Source: the human T2T-CHM13v2.0 reference genome, Homo sapiens
Assembly (NCBI RefSeq): GCF_009914755.1
Contig: NC_060929.1
Strand: one strand, 5' to 3'
Length of the DNA: 64,000 nt
A model generated the notes under the pieces. The model searched no databases, had not been told where the DNA came from, and was given only the letters and a program-made list of their open reading frames with translations. Positions 23,201 through 41,479 of this stretch are shown here, piece after piece (position 1 is the first letter of the stretch; the number at the start of each line of letters is the position of its first letter). Made by a program: the position numbers and the translations under genes.

Positions 23201-24110
23201 TGCATTTAAAGCTATAATTTTTTCCTCTAAGCATCACTTTAGCTGTATCCTATAACCTTGATATATTGAATTTTATTTTATTTTATTCAGTTCAACATAA
23301 TTTCTAATCTCTCTGTATTAGTCATGGTTCTCTAGAGGGACAGAACAAATAGGATAGATAGATGTATGTATAAAGGGGAGTTTATTAAGGAATATTGACT
23401 CACATGATCACAAGGTGAGGTCCCACAATAGGCTGTCTGCAAGCTGAGGAGCAACGAAGCCAGTCTGAGTCCCAAAGCTGAAGAACTTGGAGTCCAGTGT
23501 TTGAGGGAAGGAAGCATCCAGCACGGGAGAAAGATGTAGGCCAGAAGACTAAAGCAGTCTAGTCTTCCCACGTTCTTCTGCCTGCTTTTATTCTGGCCGC
23601 ACTGGCAGCTGATTAGATTGTGCTTACCCAGTTTGAGGGTGGGTCTGCCTTTCCCAGTCCACTGACTCAAATGTTGATATCCTTTGGCAACACCCTCACA
23701 GACACACCCAGGAACAATACTTTGCATCCTTCAATCCAATCAATTGACTTTTGATTTATTCATGAATTATTTAGATATATGTTGTTTAATTTCCAAATAC
23801 TTGAGGATTTTTCCAGATATCTTATTTTTATTAATTTCTTCATTAATTCTCTTGTGGTCAGAGAATATATTCTATATGTCAATCTTTTAAATTTATTAAA
23901 ATGTGTTTATAGCCAAACTATAAGTGTTCTATCTTGCTGAATGTTTCATAAGCATACAAGTTGAATGTGTATTTGGCTCCTATTGGGTCTAGTGTTTTAT
24001 AAATACCAAATAGGTCAAATTGGCTTATAGCTTTTTTAAAAAAAGTGTTCTTATGTCTTTATTGATTTTATCTGTACTTGTTCTATCAATTAACTAGAAT
24101 TAAAATTTCC
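20203..24110 (-). mobile_element. Old L1 (L1MB/L1ME-type) 3'UTR plus ORF2 remnant
   Basis: T-rich tail at ~20196-20213, 3'UTR motifs (ACCACCACCCTAATCAAGATA, AAATGGAATTATA), ORF2 remnant YNATVFKIVWYWYK..IDHWNR (ORF 21453-21650). Confidence 0.85.
23314..23748 (-). mobile_element. MLT2A ERVL LTR inserted in the old L1
   Basis: TGTATTAGTCATGGTTCTCTAGAGGGACAGAAC..CACAAGGTGAGGTCCCACAATAGG..TTCAATCCAATCAATTGAC; the last ~20 bp of the LTR are missing. Confidence 0.92.
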
Positions 24111-24339
24111 AAAATTGTTTAGATGCTGTCTTTGTTTTCACAGGATGTGAAGAAATTGTATAATTGATTTCTGCTCACATTCATGGCAAAATTTAGGTTA
24201 CATGCTCATATAGAAGCTAGGAGATACAGCCCTTAGTTGGGAGCCATGTGCTTAGATAAAAAACAAAATATTCTATTACTTAAAGGAAGAAGAGAATGAT
24301 AGAAACTGGCAGAAAATTTACAATATCTGCCACAATAAT

Positions 24340-24830
24340 TAAATAGTAACCTACTTGGGACAGACTATAAATTATGTAGGAGTTCAGAGGAGGCATCTTC
24401 AGTGTAGGATGAAGTTTTTGGGTGGTGGGGCTTTAATGCTAAGTCGGACTTATATGCATAGATTTGATGAAGGTCATTCTCCATATATAGAGCAGTAAAG
24501 GAGAGTGACAATGATAGAACTGAGCACAAAAATGCATGTGGTATACAGTAAGGGAGAGATTAAGGGGGACCACACAGTGAATTAATATTAGAAGTTACTA
24601 GGAAATAAGGTTGGGTAGGCACATTGGAGGATCGAGTTAGGGAGGGCCTTAAGTAGCCTGATAATGGAGTTTAGATTTGCTTCAGCAAGCAGGAATTTAG
24701 GTTACTGAGCAGGGAGATGATATGATGGAAGCAGTGCTTAAGGCTGATTTGTCGACTGCTGCATGTCTTGAGGTAGGAGAGACCAGCTGGTGCAGCCATC
24801 CAGATGTGAGGTGATGAGGTGTCAGTGTGA
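24340..24830 (-). mobile_element. L2 fragment
   Basis: GGAGTTCAGAGGAGG, GGAGGGCCTTAAG..GGAGTTTAGATTT, GAGCAGGGAGATGATATGAT, GAGGTAGGAGAGACCAG. Confidence 0.6.
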
Positions 24831-27109
24831 AAGAAGAGAAAACAATATTGCTTTTTTTCTGTGCTGGATATATTGATATGTACATCCACTACTACTCCCA
24901 CTATTGCTCCCAGAGCAAGTCACGTGGCTTAGTAAGGTCTAATTAGTGGGCAGTTTAAGATCTCAGTATCTTAGTCTTCATAACCGTAGTGCTTGAAGGT
25001 ACTGAGTCCCTATTTCAGGTGAGACAAAGCTGTTTTAGAATCACAGTTGAATAAACACATCAGGAAGTTTTTTGTGACTCAAAGACCAGTTCATCTCCAA
25101 CCATCAGGCTTTTTTTTTTTTTTTTGACTCATAAAAATGCTGCCAGTTGCATCAGAACAATGAATAAACCCACAGGAACAAAAGCCAAGTTGTCCACCCC
25201 GCCTTTGAGTGGTAATCCGCTACTATCTCCTTGGGAACACAGTGCCACGTTTCCTTTCACGTGGGGCAGCTCCCAGTTGCTGCAGCTCTGCAGGCTTTCC
25301 AACCTTCTCTCCACTGGGGCTCTCCACGCAGTGGTTAAGTGTCTATGCTTACTATTCCATATTGGGGTTATCATGAAAAATAAGGGCAATGTGAGACTGC
25401 TAATAACTATATCATGGATGAATCACAGCCATTTGATAGTTCACATCTAATTATTTAGTGTCTCTAAGGGAGGGCATGGTCTCAATTAGGTTAGGAATGA
25501 GGTAGGAGGGGTGGAAGAAAGAGAAAGCCTCTCCTCGATCTATGGCTTCTGGGTGGGATTGAAACCCACAGCTCTCTCTAGACATGCAAACTGAAGTCAA
25601 AACTCCCCGCATGAGTCATGTGTGGGCTGCTTATTTTGTTTCCCAGAGCTTAATTTCAAGGCTGTATTTCCTTCCCTCACCTTTCTTCCCTCTTCCTTCA
25701 AGAGTTAGAAAATTTGAGTATATAGTGGATACAGAAGGAAGGAAGGAAAAAAGGAATGAAAGAAGAGAAAGGAGGAAGGATATTCTTCTATCATGAAAGA
25801 AGTTGCAAAAGAGATATACCACGGGCAAAAGAAGACAAAAAGATCAAAGACATATGCCCATTTGACTCCACTCATATTTTCTTTTCTTGCTCCTAAGATT
25901 ATTCTAACCCCAGGTAGAAATCATGTAATTAGGTTGTATCTTATTTCTTTCTCAACTCTTAACCTAGCAAAAACCATGACATTAGTTTACTGGTGCAGCT
26001 CCTGAGGCTGGGTAAAGATGTCATGGAAAGCAACACGACTCCAGCATTCCATTTTTGACCCTGGTCTTGATGCAGAAGTGTCTCTTTCATATGTCTGCTG
26101 TTTGGTCATCATGAGGTTTGTTATGATATGGACCTTCCCTTAGATGACCACTAGTGTGACCAAAATCAGCTTTTATGAGCAAACATTAAGAGTAGTGAGC
26201 TAATGAGAACAGCACATTTGGTTAAACAAGTTTTACTTAGTTTTCAGGAATCTATTTTATAGACACAAAGACGTTCGCTTAAATACCATGTGGTTCTGAT
26301 TAGCTGGCTTTTGGTTAACCCAAACATGCAGTTAAACAAATGTGATCCATCTTGCCCTGCAGCCCTGAGGCCAGCTCCCCCAAACACTGAGGTTAGCAGT
26401 ATATCTCCAGACTCAGAGGGCTTGGATAATGTGGAGTTAATTTATATATGGATGGATGACTGCAGATGACCTCTTAGTAATGTGGTAGCTAAAGGAGAAT
26501 CTACATATTGATCAAGAATCAAATATATGAGCATCTTCCCAAATCTGCAAATTATGCCTGTGAACAAAGCCTTGTGATTTTATTAAGTTGGTGGGATAAA
26601 ACCTGTCTAAAAGTGATTGAGAGAAATTGCTATATATTTCTTTTTCCTAGTGAAGTAGACCAGGGTGCCTGAAAAATCATAAAACTGTCTTTGTGATAGT
26701 GCTTAGTGTAGCAATTTTTGGGAGGATGGTAATACTCTTCTCAAATTCTACATTATTGTTTTCTGGTGAATGCTTTCCCTTTTCTTATTCAGCCATGATA
26801 GGGGCAGTGGTCAAGCCCCTGGTTCTACCTACCAAAACTCCCCTTCGAGGTTAAAATATGCCTGGTGGCCACAAAAGGACACTTATGTAAGTGTTGTGGA
26901 AGTTGGGAGAACTGAGAAACGGTGTTGTAGTTTATTACAGTGAGTTCAGAAGAGTGAGATCCCAGGGGTGAGGTTGGAGATAACTGATGAGGAGTAATTA
27001 GTGAAGTGTGTATGGTAGGCTGTCTCCCCATTTACTTTTCTACCAGCCTACTGGGAGTTTCCACATAGTATCCCTCCCTCCCACCTACCCTCCCTCTTTC
27101 TCTCACTTC

Positions 27110-27354
27110 TCTCTCTCCTCCCTCTCTCTTTATTTTTCTCCCTCTCTCTCTCTCCTGCTTTTGCCACGTGATGTGCCTGCTCCTGCTTTGCCTTCTGCCA
27201 TGAGTAAAAGCTCCCTGAGGCCTACCCAGGAGTCCAGTGATGTCAGTGCCATGCTTGTACAGCCTGCAGAACCATGAGCCAATTACAGCTCTTTTCCTTA
27301 TAAATTACCCAGTCTCAGGTATTTTTTTATAGCAATACGAGAATGGCCTAATAC
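27110..27354 (+). mobile_element. MST-family MaLR LTR, 3' half
   Basis: TGCCACGTGATGTGCCTGCTCC..GCCATGAGTAAAAGCTCCCTGAGGCC..AATTACCCAGTCTCAGGTATT..CCTAATACA. Confidence 0.85.
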
Positions 27355-27355
27355 A

Positions 27356-27522
27356 CTGTGTGACTTTGGGCATGTGATTTAGCCTCTGAGTTTTAGAGTT
27401 TTTCATCTGTAAAATGGGTGCAATGATAAAACTATGCTGGCAGGTTGATGTAAGGATACTGGTACTGGTACAGTACCAAGGGCCTCATGCAGAGTTGGCA
27501 CTTAACAAATAGCAGCTGTTAT
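27356..27522 (+). mobile_element. MIR
   Basis: CTGTGTGACTTTGGGCATGTGATTTAGCCTCTGAG..CATCTGTAAAATGGG. Confidence 0.8.
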
Positions 27523-28551
27523 TTTCTATTGTATGAGTTGGTATTGTTTCCTTTTTACAGAGGGATTAACAGAGAAACAGAAGTTAAATGTCCTGTAATA
27601 AGTTATCAGTAGTGCTGAGAATGCCTTAAGCATCCTTGGTAGCAGTGCCTGTGTTTACTTGCATTAAAGAGAATAAAAGCACAAAGTACTATTTCAGGAC
27701 TATTTATGCTTGTCAGCTGCAACAGAAGTACTGTACACAGTGGAACACATGGGATTCCAGAGGCTGCGTGTGCCGGCTGTTTCTGAGGCAAAAATATCCA
27801 AGTACACATGTATTATATTGAAAAAAAAATTATGTGTATTTGGGCCTTGTGGAGGGCATCTTCAATACTGCAGGTTTAGAAGTCATTATTAATACCTTTG
27901 TCCTACAGTTACTTTCCTCAAATCAATTTTTTTTCATTGCACATTCCTACATACTATATAATTCTCTTGGGTTCCTGGAGCATGAAATAGGGTTTTTCCT
28001 TTCTTATTTTCTTGAGCAAATGTGCAGGGTACACACAAATCTTATTCAATTTGCATCATCCAGGCCAGTCCAGCTCCTCTCAGAATGCTCTTGAATCTCA
28101 TTTGCCATTGGAAAAAAAAAAAAAAGGTTAAAGCGTGTAAGATGGTATGACTTCAGTGTTTGAGAAGTCTGCCTTGGTTGAATATCTAAGCCCATGAACG
28201 AGGGGAAATAAAACATTTATTGTTACCAGAACAACACTGGCTCTGAGACATTGGGCCAAACATGACCACTTAGACAGCAAATGCCTCAGCAAGCGGCAGA
28301 TCGCAATGGGCAGAGAGGCAGCTTCCTAGCTGGACCCTGGGAAAGCCCAGTGGCCCTCAGGTGGGAATAATTCTGGAGAAAGGGTGCCAGTGCAGCAGGA
28401 ATGCTAGCTAGGAGGGTCACCAGTGTGGTGGGAGGTACAACAGAAAGATTGGAGCTTGAAGTTTGAGAGTAAAGCTTAGCTTTCTAATAACATTGGGGGG
28501 ATGGGTAAATATCTTATTCATCCATCCATATATTTATTAATCTACTCACTT

Positions 28552-28619
28552 ATCCATCCATCCATCCATCCATCCATCCATCCATCCATCCATCCATCCA
28601 TCCATCCATCCATCCATCC
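28552..28619. repeat. (ATCC)n tetranucleotide microsatellite
   Basis: About 17 perfect ATCC units. Confidence 0.97.
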
Positions 28620-28871
28620 GATTACTCTCTTTGGAAAAGGTTAAACACTTTGATGCATTAATAATACATTGTTCTAAAAAATAGAGAGGATGTTTTATGA
28701 GTGTCCTTGAGTTGAAAGGCTATGGCTTTCTGAAGACAGGCTTATTTAGTTAGTAATCACTCTGGATTTCAGGGGATGGACTTCATAAAATGCTGTTTTA
28801 GGAAGAGATGAAGCGTCTTAGAGAAATTAGGTTTGAGTGAGCTGCAAGGAATTCTCAGAACACCATCTGAA

Positions 28872-29242
<371 letters not shown>

Positions 29243-29349
29243 TAATCTTACTTGTGATTTGCAAAGGACTCTCCCATCGTTCCATTGCTGTGGGGCTCCA
29301 CACATCAGTTCACAGATGATTCTCTTTGAAATGACTAACAAAACAAATA

Positions 29350-29671
29350 CAGTCAGCCCTTGGTGTCTATGGATTCCACAATCATAGAGTCAACCATCTG
29401 CAGATTGAAAATATTTAAAAAATTGCACCTGTACTAAACATGCAGAGACTTTTTTCTTTTTATTATTCCCTAAACAACAGAGTATAACAACTATTTCATA
29501 GCATTTACATTGCATTAGGCATTGTAAGTAGTCTAGTGATGATTTAAAGTATACAAGAGGATGTGCATAGGTGCAAATACCATGTCATTTTATATCAGGG
29601 ACTTGGGCATCCCTAGACTTTGGTATCTGTGGGGCCTAGAACCAATCCCCCATGAATACGGAGGGGGGACT
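29350..29671. mobile_element. Tigger3a-like (TcMar-Tigger) MITE
   Basis: TA|CAGTCAGCCCT..GGATTCCACA..TATTCCCTAAACAA..ATAGCATTTACATTG..GAACCAATCCCCCATGAATACGGAGGGGGGACT. Confidence 0.88.
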
Positions 29672-29759
29672 TCACCTTAGAAAATCACTTGTCACAACAC
29701 CACCTCGATGTTTAATGGATATTTTCCCCTTAATGAAGCTGAGACAAAGAAAGGCTGAA

Positions 29760-30250
29760 TCCTGAGTTTGTCACATTAAGCCCTCAGTTCTCCCAGCCAC
29801 AGGAGTGGCTTCCAAATCTATGAAGATTCCTCTTTGTCCAATCTGGGCCCAGCTTCAATCCATGAACAGTCATGGTGCTCTGATCACGTCACTTCTCTGC
29901 TCAGGAACAGACAACATCTTTCAAATTTTTTTCAAAATAAAGTCTAAATGTCTTCATATGGTATTTGAGATCTTCTCCTTCATGAATCCTATACTCCAGA
30001 TGAACAGAACTACTTATATGGGCTCCCACTGTGCCACAGTATCCCCTCTCTGTTTTCACTCATTCTAGTTTCACTCTGAAATACTCTCCTCCACATCTCT
30101 CTAGTGTCAAATCCTACCCATCTTTCAAGGTTTGTCTCCCCTGGGAAGCTTTCTCCGACCTCTCTGCTGGAAATAACTTCTTTCCTACTCTTAATTCACA
30201 TAGAATTTGGTTTCCATCCCTCTTGTTTACAATACTGCTTCTCATACTTT
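29760..30250 (+). mobile_element. L2 fragments
   Basis: CTGATCACGTCACTTCTCTGCTC, AAATAAAGTCTAAATGTCTT, AAATCCTACCCATCTTTCAAGG, GGGAAGCTTTCTCCGAC. Confidence 0.65.
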
Positions 30251-30255
30251 CCTCA

Positions 30256-30392
30256 TAATGAGACTCACCTGCAGGTACTTGTTTAAAAAAAAACAAAACC
30301 TGGGCCTGGTCCCAGACCTACTGAATGAGCAGAAGTCTCCAAAGAAGGGGCCTGGGAAGTAGTATTTTTAACAAATGCTCCAGGTGAGTCCT
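30256..30392. mobile_element. MER5-type hAT MITE, target of the L1PA insertion
   Basis: TCACCTG..CTTGTTTAAAA..CCCAGACCTACTGAAT..GGGGCCTGGGAA..TTTTTAACAA..CTCCAGGTGA. Confidence 0.75.
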
Positions 30393-30689
30393 TATTTTTT
30401 ATTTTATTTTACTTTATTATTTTACTTTGAGTTCTGGGATATATATGCAGAATGTGCAGGTTTGTTTCATAGGTATATGTGTGCCATGGTGGTTTGCTGC
30501 ACCTATTAACCCATCGTCTAGGTTCCGTCCCCTCACCGCCCCCTCCAGCCCCCAACAGGCCCTGGTGTGTGTTGTTCCCTTCCCTGTGTCCATGTGTTTT
30601 CATTGTTCGACTCCCACTTATGAGTGAGAACATGCGGTGTTTGGTTTTCTGTTCCTGTGTTAGTTTGCTGAGGATGATGGCTTCCAGCT

Positions 30690-35178
<4,489 letters not shown>

Positions 35179-37624
35179 GATACTATCTGGTTATTTTGCA
35201 CACAAGTTGATATAGTTTCTTCATACTGTCATTGGTCTTTATATTTTGGTGTGTTTTTGCAGTGGCTGGTACCAGTTTTTCCTTTCCATATTTAGTGCTT
35301 CCTTCAGAAGCTCTTGCAAGGCAGGCCTGGTGGTGATGAAATCCCTCAGCATTTGCTTGTCTGTAAAGGATTTTATTTCTCCTTCACTTATGAAGCTCAG
35401 TTTGGCTGGATATGAAATTCTGGGTTAAAAATTCTTTTCTTTAAGAATGTTGACTATTGGCCCTCTCTTTCTTCTGGCTTGTAGGGTTTCTGTTGAGAGA
35501 TCCACTATTAGTCTGATGGGCTTCCCTCTGCAGGTGACCTGGCCCTTCTCTGTGGCTGCACTGAACATTTTTTCCTTCATTTTGACCTTGGAGAATCTGA
35601 TGATTTTGTTTCTTGAGGCTGATCATCTCAGGGAGTATCTCAGTGATGTTCTCTGTATTTCCTGAATTTGAATGTTAGCCTGTCTTGCTAGGTTGGGGAA
35701 GTTCCCCCGGATAATATCCTGAAGTGTGTTTTCCAACTTGGTTCCATTCTTCCCGTCTCTTTCAGGTACTCCAATCAATCATAGTTTCAGTCTTTTTACA
35801 TAGTCCCATATTTCTTGGAGGTTTTGTTCATTCCTTTTTCATTCTTTTTTCGATAATCTTGTCTGCATGCCTTATTTCAGCAAGATGGCTTTCAAATTCT
35901 GTATCTTTTCTTCTGCTTGGTCGATTCGGCTATTGATACTTGTGTGTGCTTCACAAAGTTCTCGTGCTGTGTTTTTCAGCTCCATCAGGTCATTTATATT
36001 CCTGTCTCAACTGGTTATTCTAGTTAGCAGATCCTGTAACCTTTTATCAAGTTTCTTAGCTTCTTTGCATTAGGTTAGAACGTGCTCCTTTAGCTCAGTG
36101 GAGTTGTTATTATCCATCTTCTGAAGCCTACTTCTGTCAATTCATCCATCTCATCCTCCATCCAGCTCTGTGTCCTTGCTGGAGAGGCATTGCAATCATT
36201 TGGAGGAGAAGAAGCACTCTGGCCTTTTGGGTTTTCAGTGTTTTTTTTAATTGATTCTTTCTCATCTTCATGAGTTTGTCTAGTTTTGATCTTTGAGGCT
36301 GCTGACCCTTGGATGAGGTTTTTGTGGAAATATTTTTTGTTGATACTGTTGCTGTTGCTTTCTGTTTTTTTGTTTGTTTTTCTTTCAGTGGTCAGGTCCT
36401 CCTTCTGTAGGGCTGCTGTGGTTTGCTGGGGGTTCACTTCATGCCCTATTCATCTGGTTCACTCCTGCACCTGGAGATGTCACTCGAGGAGACTGGAGAA
36501 CAGCCAAGATGGGTGCCTGCTCCTTCCTCTGGGATCTTTGACCTTGAAAGGCACTGTCCTGATGCCAGTAGGAATGCTCCTGTATAGGGTGTCTGACAAC
36601 CCCTGTTGGAGGGTCTCTCCAAGTTGGGTGGCACAGGGAGCAGGACCCATTTAACAAAGCACTTTGGCTGTCCCTTGGTGGAGAAGGTGTGCTTTGCTGG
36701 GGGGAAACCCACTCATCTGGGCTGCCCAGATTCCTCAGAACCAGCAGGAGGAAATACTAAGTCTGCTGGTCTGTGGGGATTGTGGCCACTCCTCCCCACA
36801 GGGGCTCAGGCCCAGGGAGATCAGAGTTTGTTCCTGAGCCCCTGGCTGGAGTTGTTGGAGTTCCTGCAGGGAAGCCCCTCCCAGTGAGGAGGGGTGGGTC
36901 ATGGTCAGGCCTGAAGAGGCACTCTGGATGCAGCCGGCCACAGCCAGTGTGTTGGGCTATGGGGGACAACTCTTGGGACCAAGCTGTCCGGTCTCCCTGG
37001 CTCCAGCAGGCGAAAGGCGTGGCCTGGAGCAGCTGCCCTTCCCCAACCCTGGGAGCTTAGTGTGTTAGGCAGCTAGCAGTCCCAATGTTAGCTGCTGTGC
37101 CCCCTGCAAGGAGCTCAAATGGCTTAGACAGCAGGCAGCTGCAACTGTGGTGCTTGCTGCCCCTCTCCCCGGGGAACTTGGCAGGCTTAAGCAGATTCTC
37201 GCTGAGTGGCTGTTGAGAATCTGTGTGGCTCCATGGTTGGGACCCTATGCCCCAGTGGCGTGGGTTCATGAATGGGATCTTCTGATCTGTGGGTTGCACA
37301 CTTCCGTGGAGAAAGCACGGTTTCCCAGGCTGGGTAGGATTCTCACTCACCACCTCTCTTGGCTGGGGGTGGGGGTTCCCCTGCCCTGTGTGGCTCTCGG
37401 GTGGGCTGCCACACCACACTGTTCTTCCTTCCTCTGTGTGGGTCACGCCAGCCACCTAGTCAGTTCTGATGATAGAACCTGGATACCTCAGTTGTGGGTG
37501 CAGGATTTGCACGCTGTTTTATGGTTTTTTTCGATGGAAGCCTCTGATAGCTGCTGCTTCTAGTCGGCTATCTTGGCCCCGCCCCTCCAGGTGATTCTTA
37601 TTAGAGAAGGGAAACATCCTATAA

Positions 37625-37789
37625 CCTTGCTAGTCAAAGAGTGCTCTCAGACCAGCAGCATCAGCATCATCTGGGAACTTGGTAGAAATGCAGAATCTTG
37701 GGCGCCATCCTAGAACTACTGAATTGGCATTTGCATTTGAGTAGGATCCCCAGGTAATTCCTAGGCATGTTAAAATTTGAGAGGCTCTG
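37625..37789. mobile_element. MER5A hAT MITE
   Basis: CAGACCAGCAGCATCAGCATCATCTGGGAACTTGGTAGAAATGCAGAATCTTGGG..CCCCAGGTAATTC..AAATTTGAGAGGCTCTG. Confidence 0.85.
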
Positions 37790-37920
37790 CCTTGCTATAC
37801 TTATTACTTGCTATTTTGGTTACAGGTAATTATGCAACCAAAATCCTTTACACTTATTATCTCATTAATTACTCAAAGTAACTATTATTATTCCTCTTAT
37901 TTCAGATAGATGAGACTTCA

Positions 37921-38008
37921 ATTAAATCGAACCATATTAAATTGTAAATGTTAGATCATTTTTTGACCTACTTACAAAAAAGGCAATTTTATACGTTTCA
38001 GCTTAATA
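37921..38008. mobile_element. MADE2-like Mariner MITE within a MIR remnant
   Basis: Imperfect palindrome TTAAATCGAACCATATTAAATTG...GGCAATTTTATACGTTTCAGCTTAATA with central TTTTTGACCTAC. Confidence 0.75.
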
Positions 38009-40365
38009 GCAAGTGGTGATGGCACTGGGATTAGAATTTCAGCAGTTTGACACTGGAGCCATCTCTTAAGCCTTATATTATTATTATGACTGTCATATAT
38101 ACCAGTAACTGTTGGTTTTCAATAGCAAAAAAACCCACTCAAATTGAAATACATTATTGAGTTTCAAAGTTAGTGTGTGATAGGGTTCTGAAAACGAAAA
38201 TGTGCTTATATAAACAGTATGAATGTGAGATGGATATGAGGGAGTAGGGTAATGAGATAGTAAAGAAAGCAACTGAAATTACATGCTTTTCCCTCCATTT
38301 GGTCCATATGGAGTTGGAGACTACAGGTATTAATGCTAATTTTCTTCCAGACGTGAAGGACTGAAATATCTTTTGTTCTGACTTATAATTTTCAGCTTGG
38401 TTCCAAATCTCAAAAACTGCAATTTTAGGCTATGATTAGAACATAAGATTGCTTCTGTCTACTAATTTTCAGGCAGAATAAGTTTACAGTAATAGGCTTA
38501 TACAGCTTTTGTGTTCAAGGGCCAAAGTCTGTAAAATATGTGGGAAATTGGAAAAGGAAGGAAAGGTTTCTTGCCAAACTTTTTGATACGTTTGATCCTT
38601 TGCAATGACTAAATATGCAATGAAGACCCAACAAAGAATCGACTGCCATCACAAGACCACTAGGTAGTTTCTTTCCTTCCCCAGATACAGGGTATAAAAA
38701 TGTTTTCTAATTGAAGGTTATAATCAACTAGTTTTTAGCGTGTTGTTCACAGAAGATTGAAGCTTCTCAAAGGAGTATTTGTTTCTCTGATTTTTGCTGA
38801 CACCCTTTATTACGCCACAGTTCTTAGTCTTAACAAAGGGGCTTTATATATGAAAAGTGCTTGCTGTATTTTAACACGATAAATGAGTCAAGTGGTGATG
38901 ACTTAGGCATAAGAGAAAAAAAACAAAAGATACTCTAAAGATGTTTAGGATTACTAGACTAGGACTGGAAAGAGTAACTAGAGATGACTGACCACTTAAG
39001 TGACTGGCAGTTGGAAAGTAGTCTGTGAGAGGCTTCTTGTGGAAGTGGATCATGTTGCTTCGTTTAATGAGGCTGGGTTATGAGGTCCATGTGGCTGAGC
39101 CATGCAGCTGGTCACTTGGCATTTGAGTGTCCAGCTAAATAGGTACCTGCAGTGGAATAATATTCTGAACCTCTGTTCATTCTTCTGCAATGTTTTCTTC
39201 CTCGTTAAATATCCTGTATTCCCCCCAAATTAATGTGTGTAACCACTTTTTTATCCAAGTATCACACTCTTCCCTGAATACATTTATTATATATGCACTG
39301 CACATACCTTTTCAGAAGAGTAGGAATTGTAAAGGTTATGGGAAATGAGAAATAATTTTTTTAATGAATGAAACTAATGGTTGCTGGTTGCCTTTTCCTT
39401 TTGTATGGTTGGTACCTTTTTGCTTATGAACATGAGAATAGTGGCCTTGGTTTTGTTTAGATTGCCCTAGGAATGTGTTCTTTAGGAGCTGTGACCTAAG
39501 CACTTTCAATTTTGATCTTGTAAAAAAACAATGCTTTTGTGTTTTTGTTTTATTTTTATATAAGTAAGAAAAGGAAGGTGTTCTATATGTTTGTCAAGTG
39601 GGCCTTTGTATGTCAATATCTGTCACATAGAATCATAGAAAATACAGACATTCTTCCAGGACTCATACTCTGTGTCTGGTCCCAGGCCTATCAGTGATTC
39701 TTTATATGATTTAAAGTATGTCCACTCTACTTTTCCTTCCTTCTTTTTTATATATTGTAAAATCAATTTCCCCTCAGAAAGTTTAGAAGGAATGAATGAA
39801 ACTAAACAATGAATATGAAGTAGGAAAACACGTTTTTTAAGAACTTAATAAATTAATTTCTTAATTAATTTATTAATTAAGGGGTTTTGGGGAAAAGAAG
39901 AGGAACATCCATCAGAGTGGTTCTAGTTCTGCATTAGCAGTGTGTAATGACTGGATGTCTTCCTGGGTCTGCAGTGTTTCACCTATTCTTACTCCTGTCA
40001 CATAGCCTGAAAATATTTTACCATTGTTCTGACTTCAAAGGACTTGACTAATAGGAATACACAACTCGATATTACCCGTTCATTGTGATTCTTAATTTGC
40101 AAATAATAATAAATGGAATCTAGGACAGTATCCTCAGTCTGCTTTAGTATGTTCAAGATTAAAGGGGAAAGTTTCCTAAAGTTAATCTTCCAATTCTCAG
40201 TGAAAAGAACATTAAAAATAGAGAAAAAGGCCTTTGGGTCAAATGAGTTTTGTGTTTGGCACTGACATAGAGAAACCTGTGAATACATTAAAAGTAGAAG
40301 GCACATAAACCCAGTCTACCTGAATTAAAGACATGAATACCAAAAGGCTTTCCTTGGAGATCAGA

Positions 40366-40824
40366 TGCTATGGGTTGAATTGTGTCCCTTCTGTCAAATT
40401 CATATTTTGAAGACATATTCCCCAATACGTCAGACTGTGACCTTATTTGGAGATAGGGTCTTTACTGAAGTAGTCAAGTTAAAATGAGGTCATTAGGGTG
40501 GGCCTTAATCCAATACGTACGTTATATTTATGATTGGAGAAAACTTGGATGCAGGCACACAGGGAGAATACCATGTGAAGATCAAGGCAGACAGAAACTG
40601 GAGTGATGCCTCTATAAGCCAAGGAACACCAAGACCAGCACACAATGAGAAGATAGGGGAGAGGCATAGAATAGATTCTTCCTCACAGCCCTCAGAAAGA
40701 ACAAACCCTGGTGTCACCTCGATTTTGAATTTCTAGCTTCTAGAAGGGTGAGAGAATAATTTTCTGTTGCGTAAGCCACCCAATTTGTGGTACCTTGTTA
40801 CGGCGGCCCTAGCAAACTAATACA
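40366..40824 (+). mobile_element. MLT1C-type MaLR LTR
   Basis: TGCTATGGGTTGAATTGTGTCCC..GACCTTATTTGGAGATAGGGTC..GCCCTAGCAAACTAATACA. Confidence 0.9.
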
Positions 40825-41479
40825 CCAGGAAAGGAGTTAAACCTTGAGATTCTACTTACAGGGGCCAGTGTTATGACTGAAAAGACCACTACTCCCCAGA
40901 CCTGGGCAAATAAAACTGAAGAAGGAATAGTCTATGGAGTTGTTTCAAATGATGTTCTCATTTAGTGATGTCTGAAATACAGTCTTGCCTATTTACCTCA
41001 ACTACAGAAAGAAAACTAAGTAAAATTGAGGAGAATGAGCTTTCATTTCACACATCAAAAAATGTGTTTTCTGATTTCCCAGTGAAATTTAGGCTGACTA
41101 AAAAAAAAAAAAAAGAATTCCTCATGATATTGTCACTCTAATTTTTCTAGGTCACTAGAGCACGGAAAAAAATCTGACTGCTCCACACCTGAATTATACC
41201 AGTTTGCATAAACTAATAAAATTACAACTTAACTACTATCGTGAGGAGTTATCCTGTTCGTTATGGTGACAGAAGCTGGGCATGAAGAAGGGAAAATGCT
41301 GCCAATCCCCCGGAAAGCCATTAATGTTACTCTGCCAGGGGATCTAAAGGTGTGGGAGAGGATTTTAAATATAGCACCCATCTTAACCACTGTGAATAAG
41401 CAACACTACTATAGGTAATAAGAAGAAGCCAACCTTAGACATATGGCTGGGCCTTAAAGGGACGCAGCTGAGAAAACAT

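Larger units (their letters stand above)
19948..24335 (-). mobile_element. Old MLT1 (J/K-type) LTR split by an L1M insertion (pieces ~19948-20200 and ~24140-24335)
   Basis: Left piece: GTTAGTTGGGGATAAGGCTAAGCTG..CACATTTCAGCC. Right piece: TTCTGCTCACATTCATGGCAAAATTTAGGTTACATG..GAAGCTAGGAGATACAG, which continues the same consensus. Confidence 0.6.

Noticed and set aside
39845-39880. AT-only quasi-palindrome
   Set aside because: Low-complexity sequence; self-complementarity is expected by composition.
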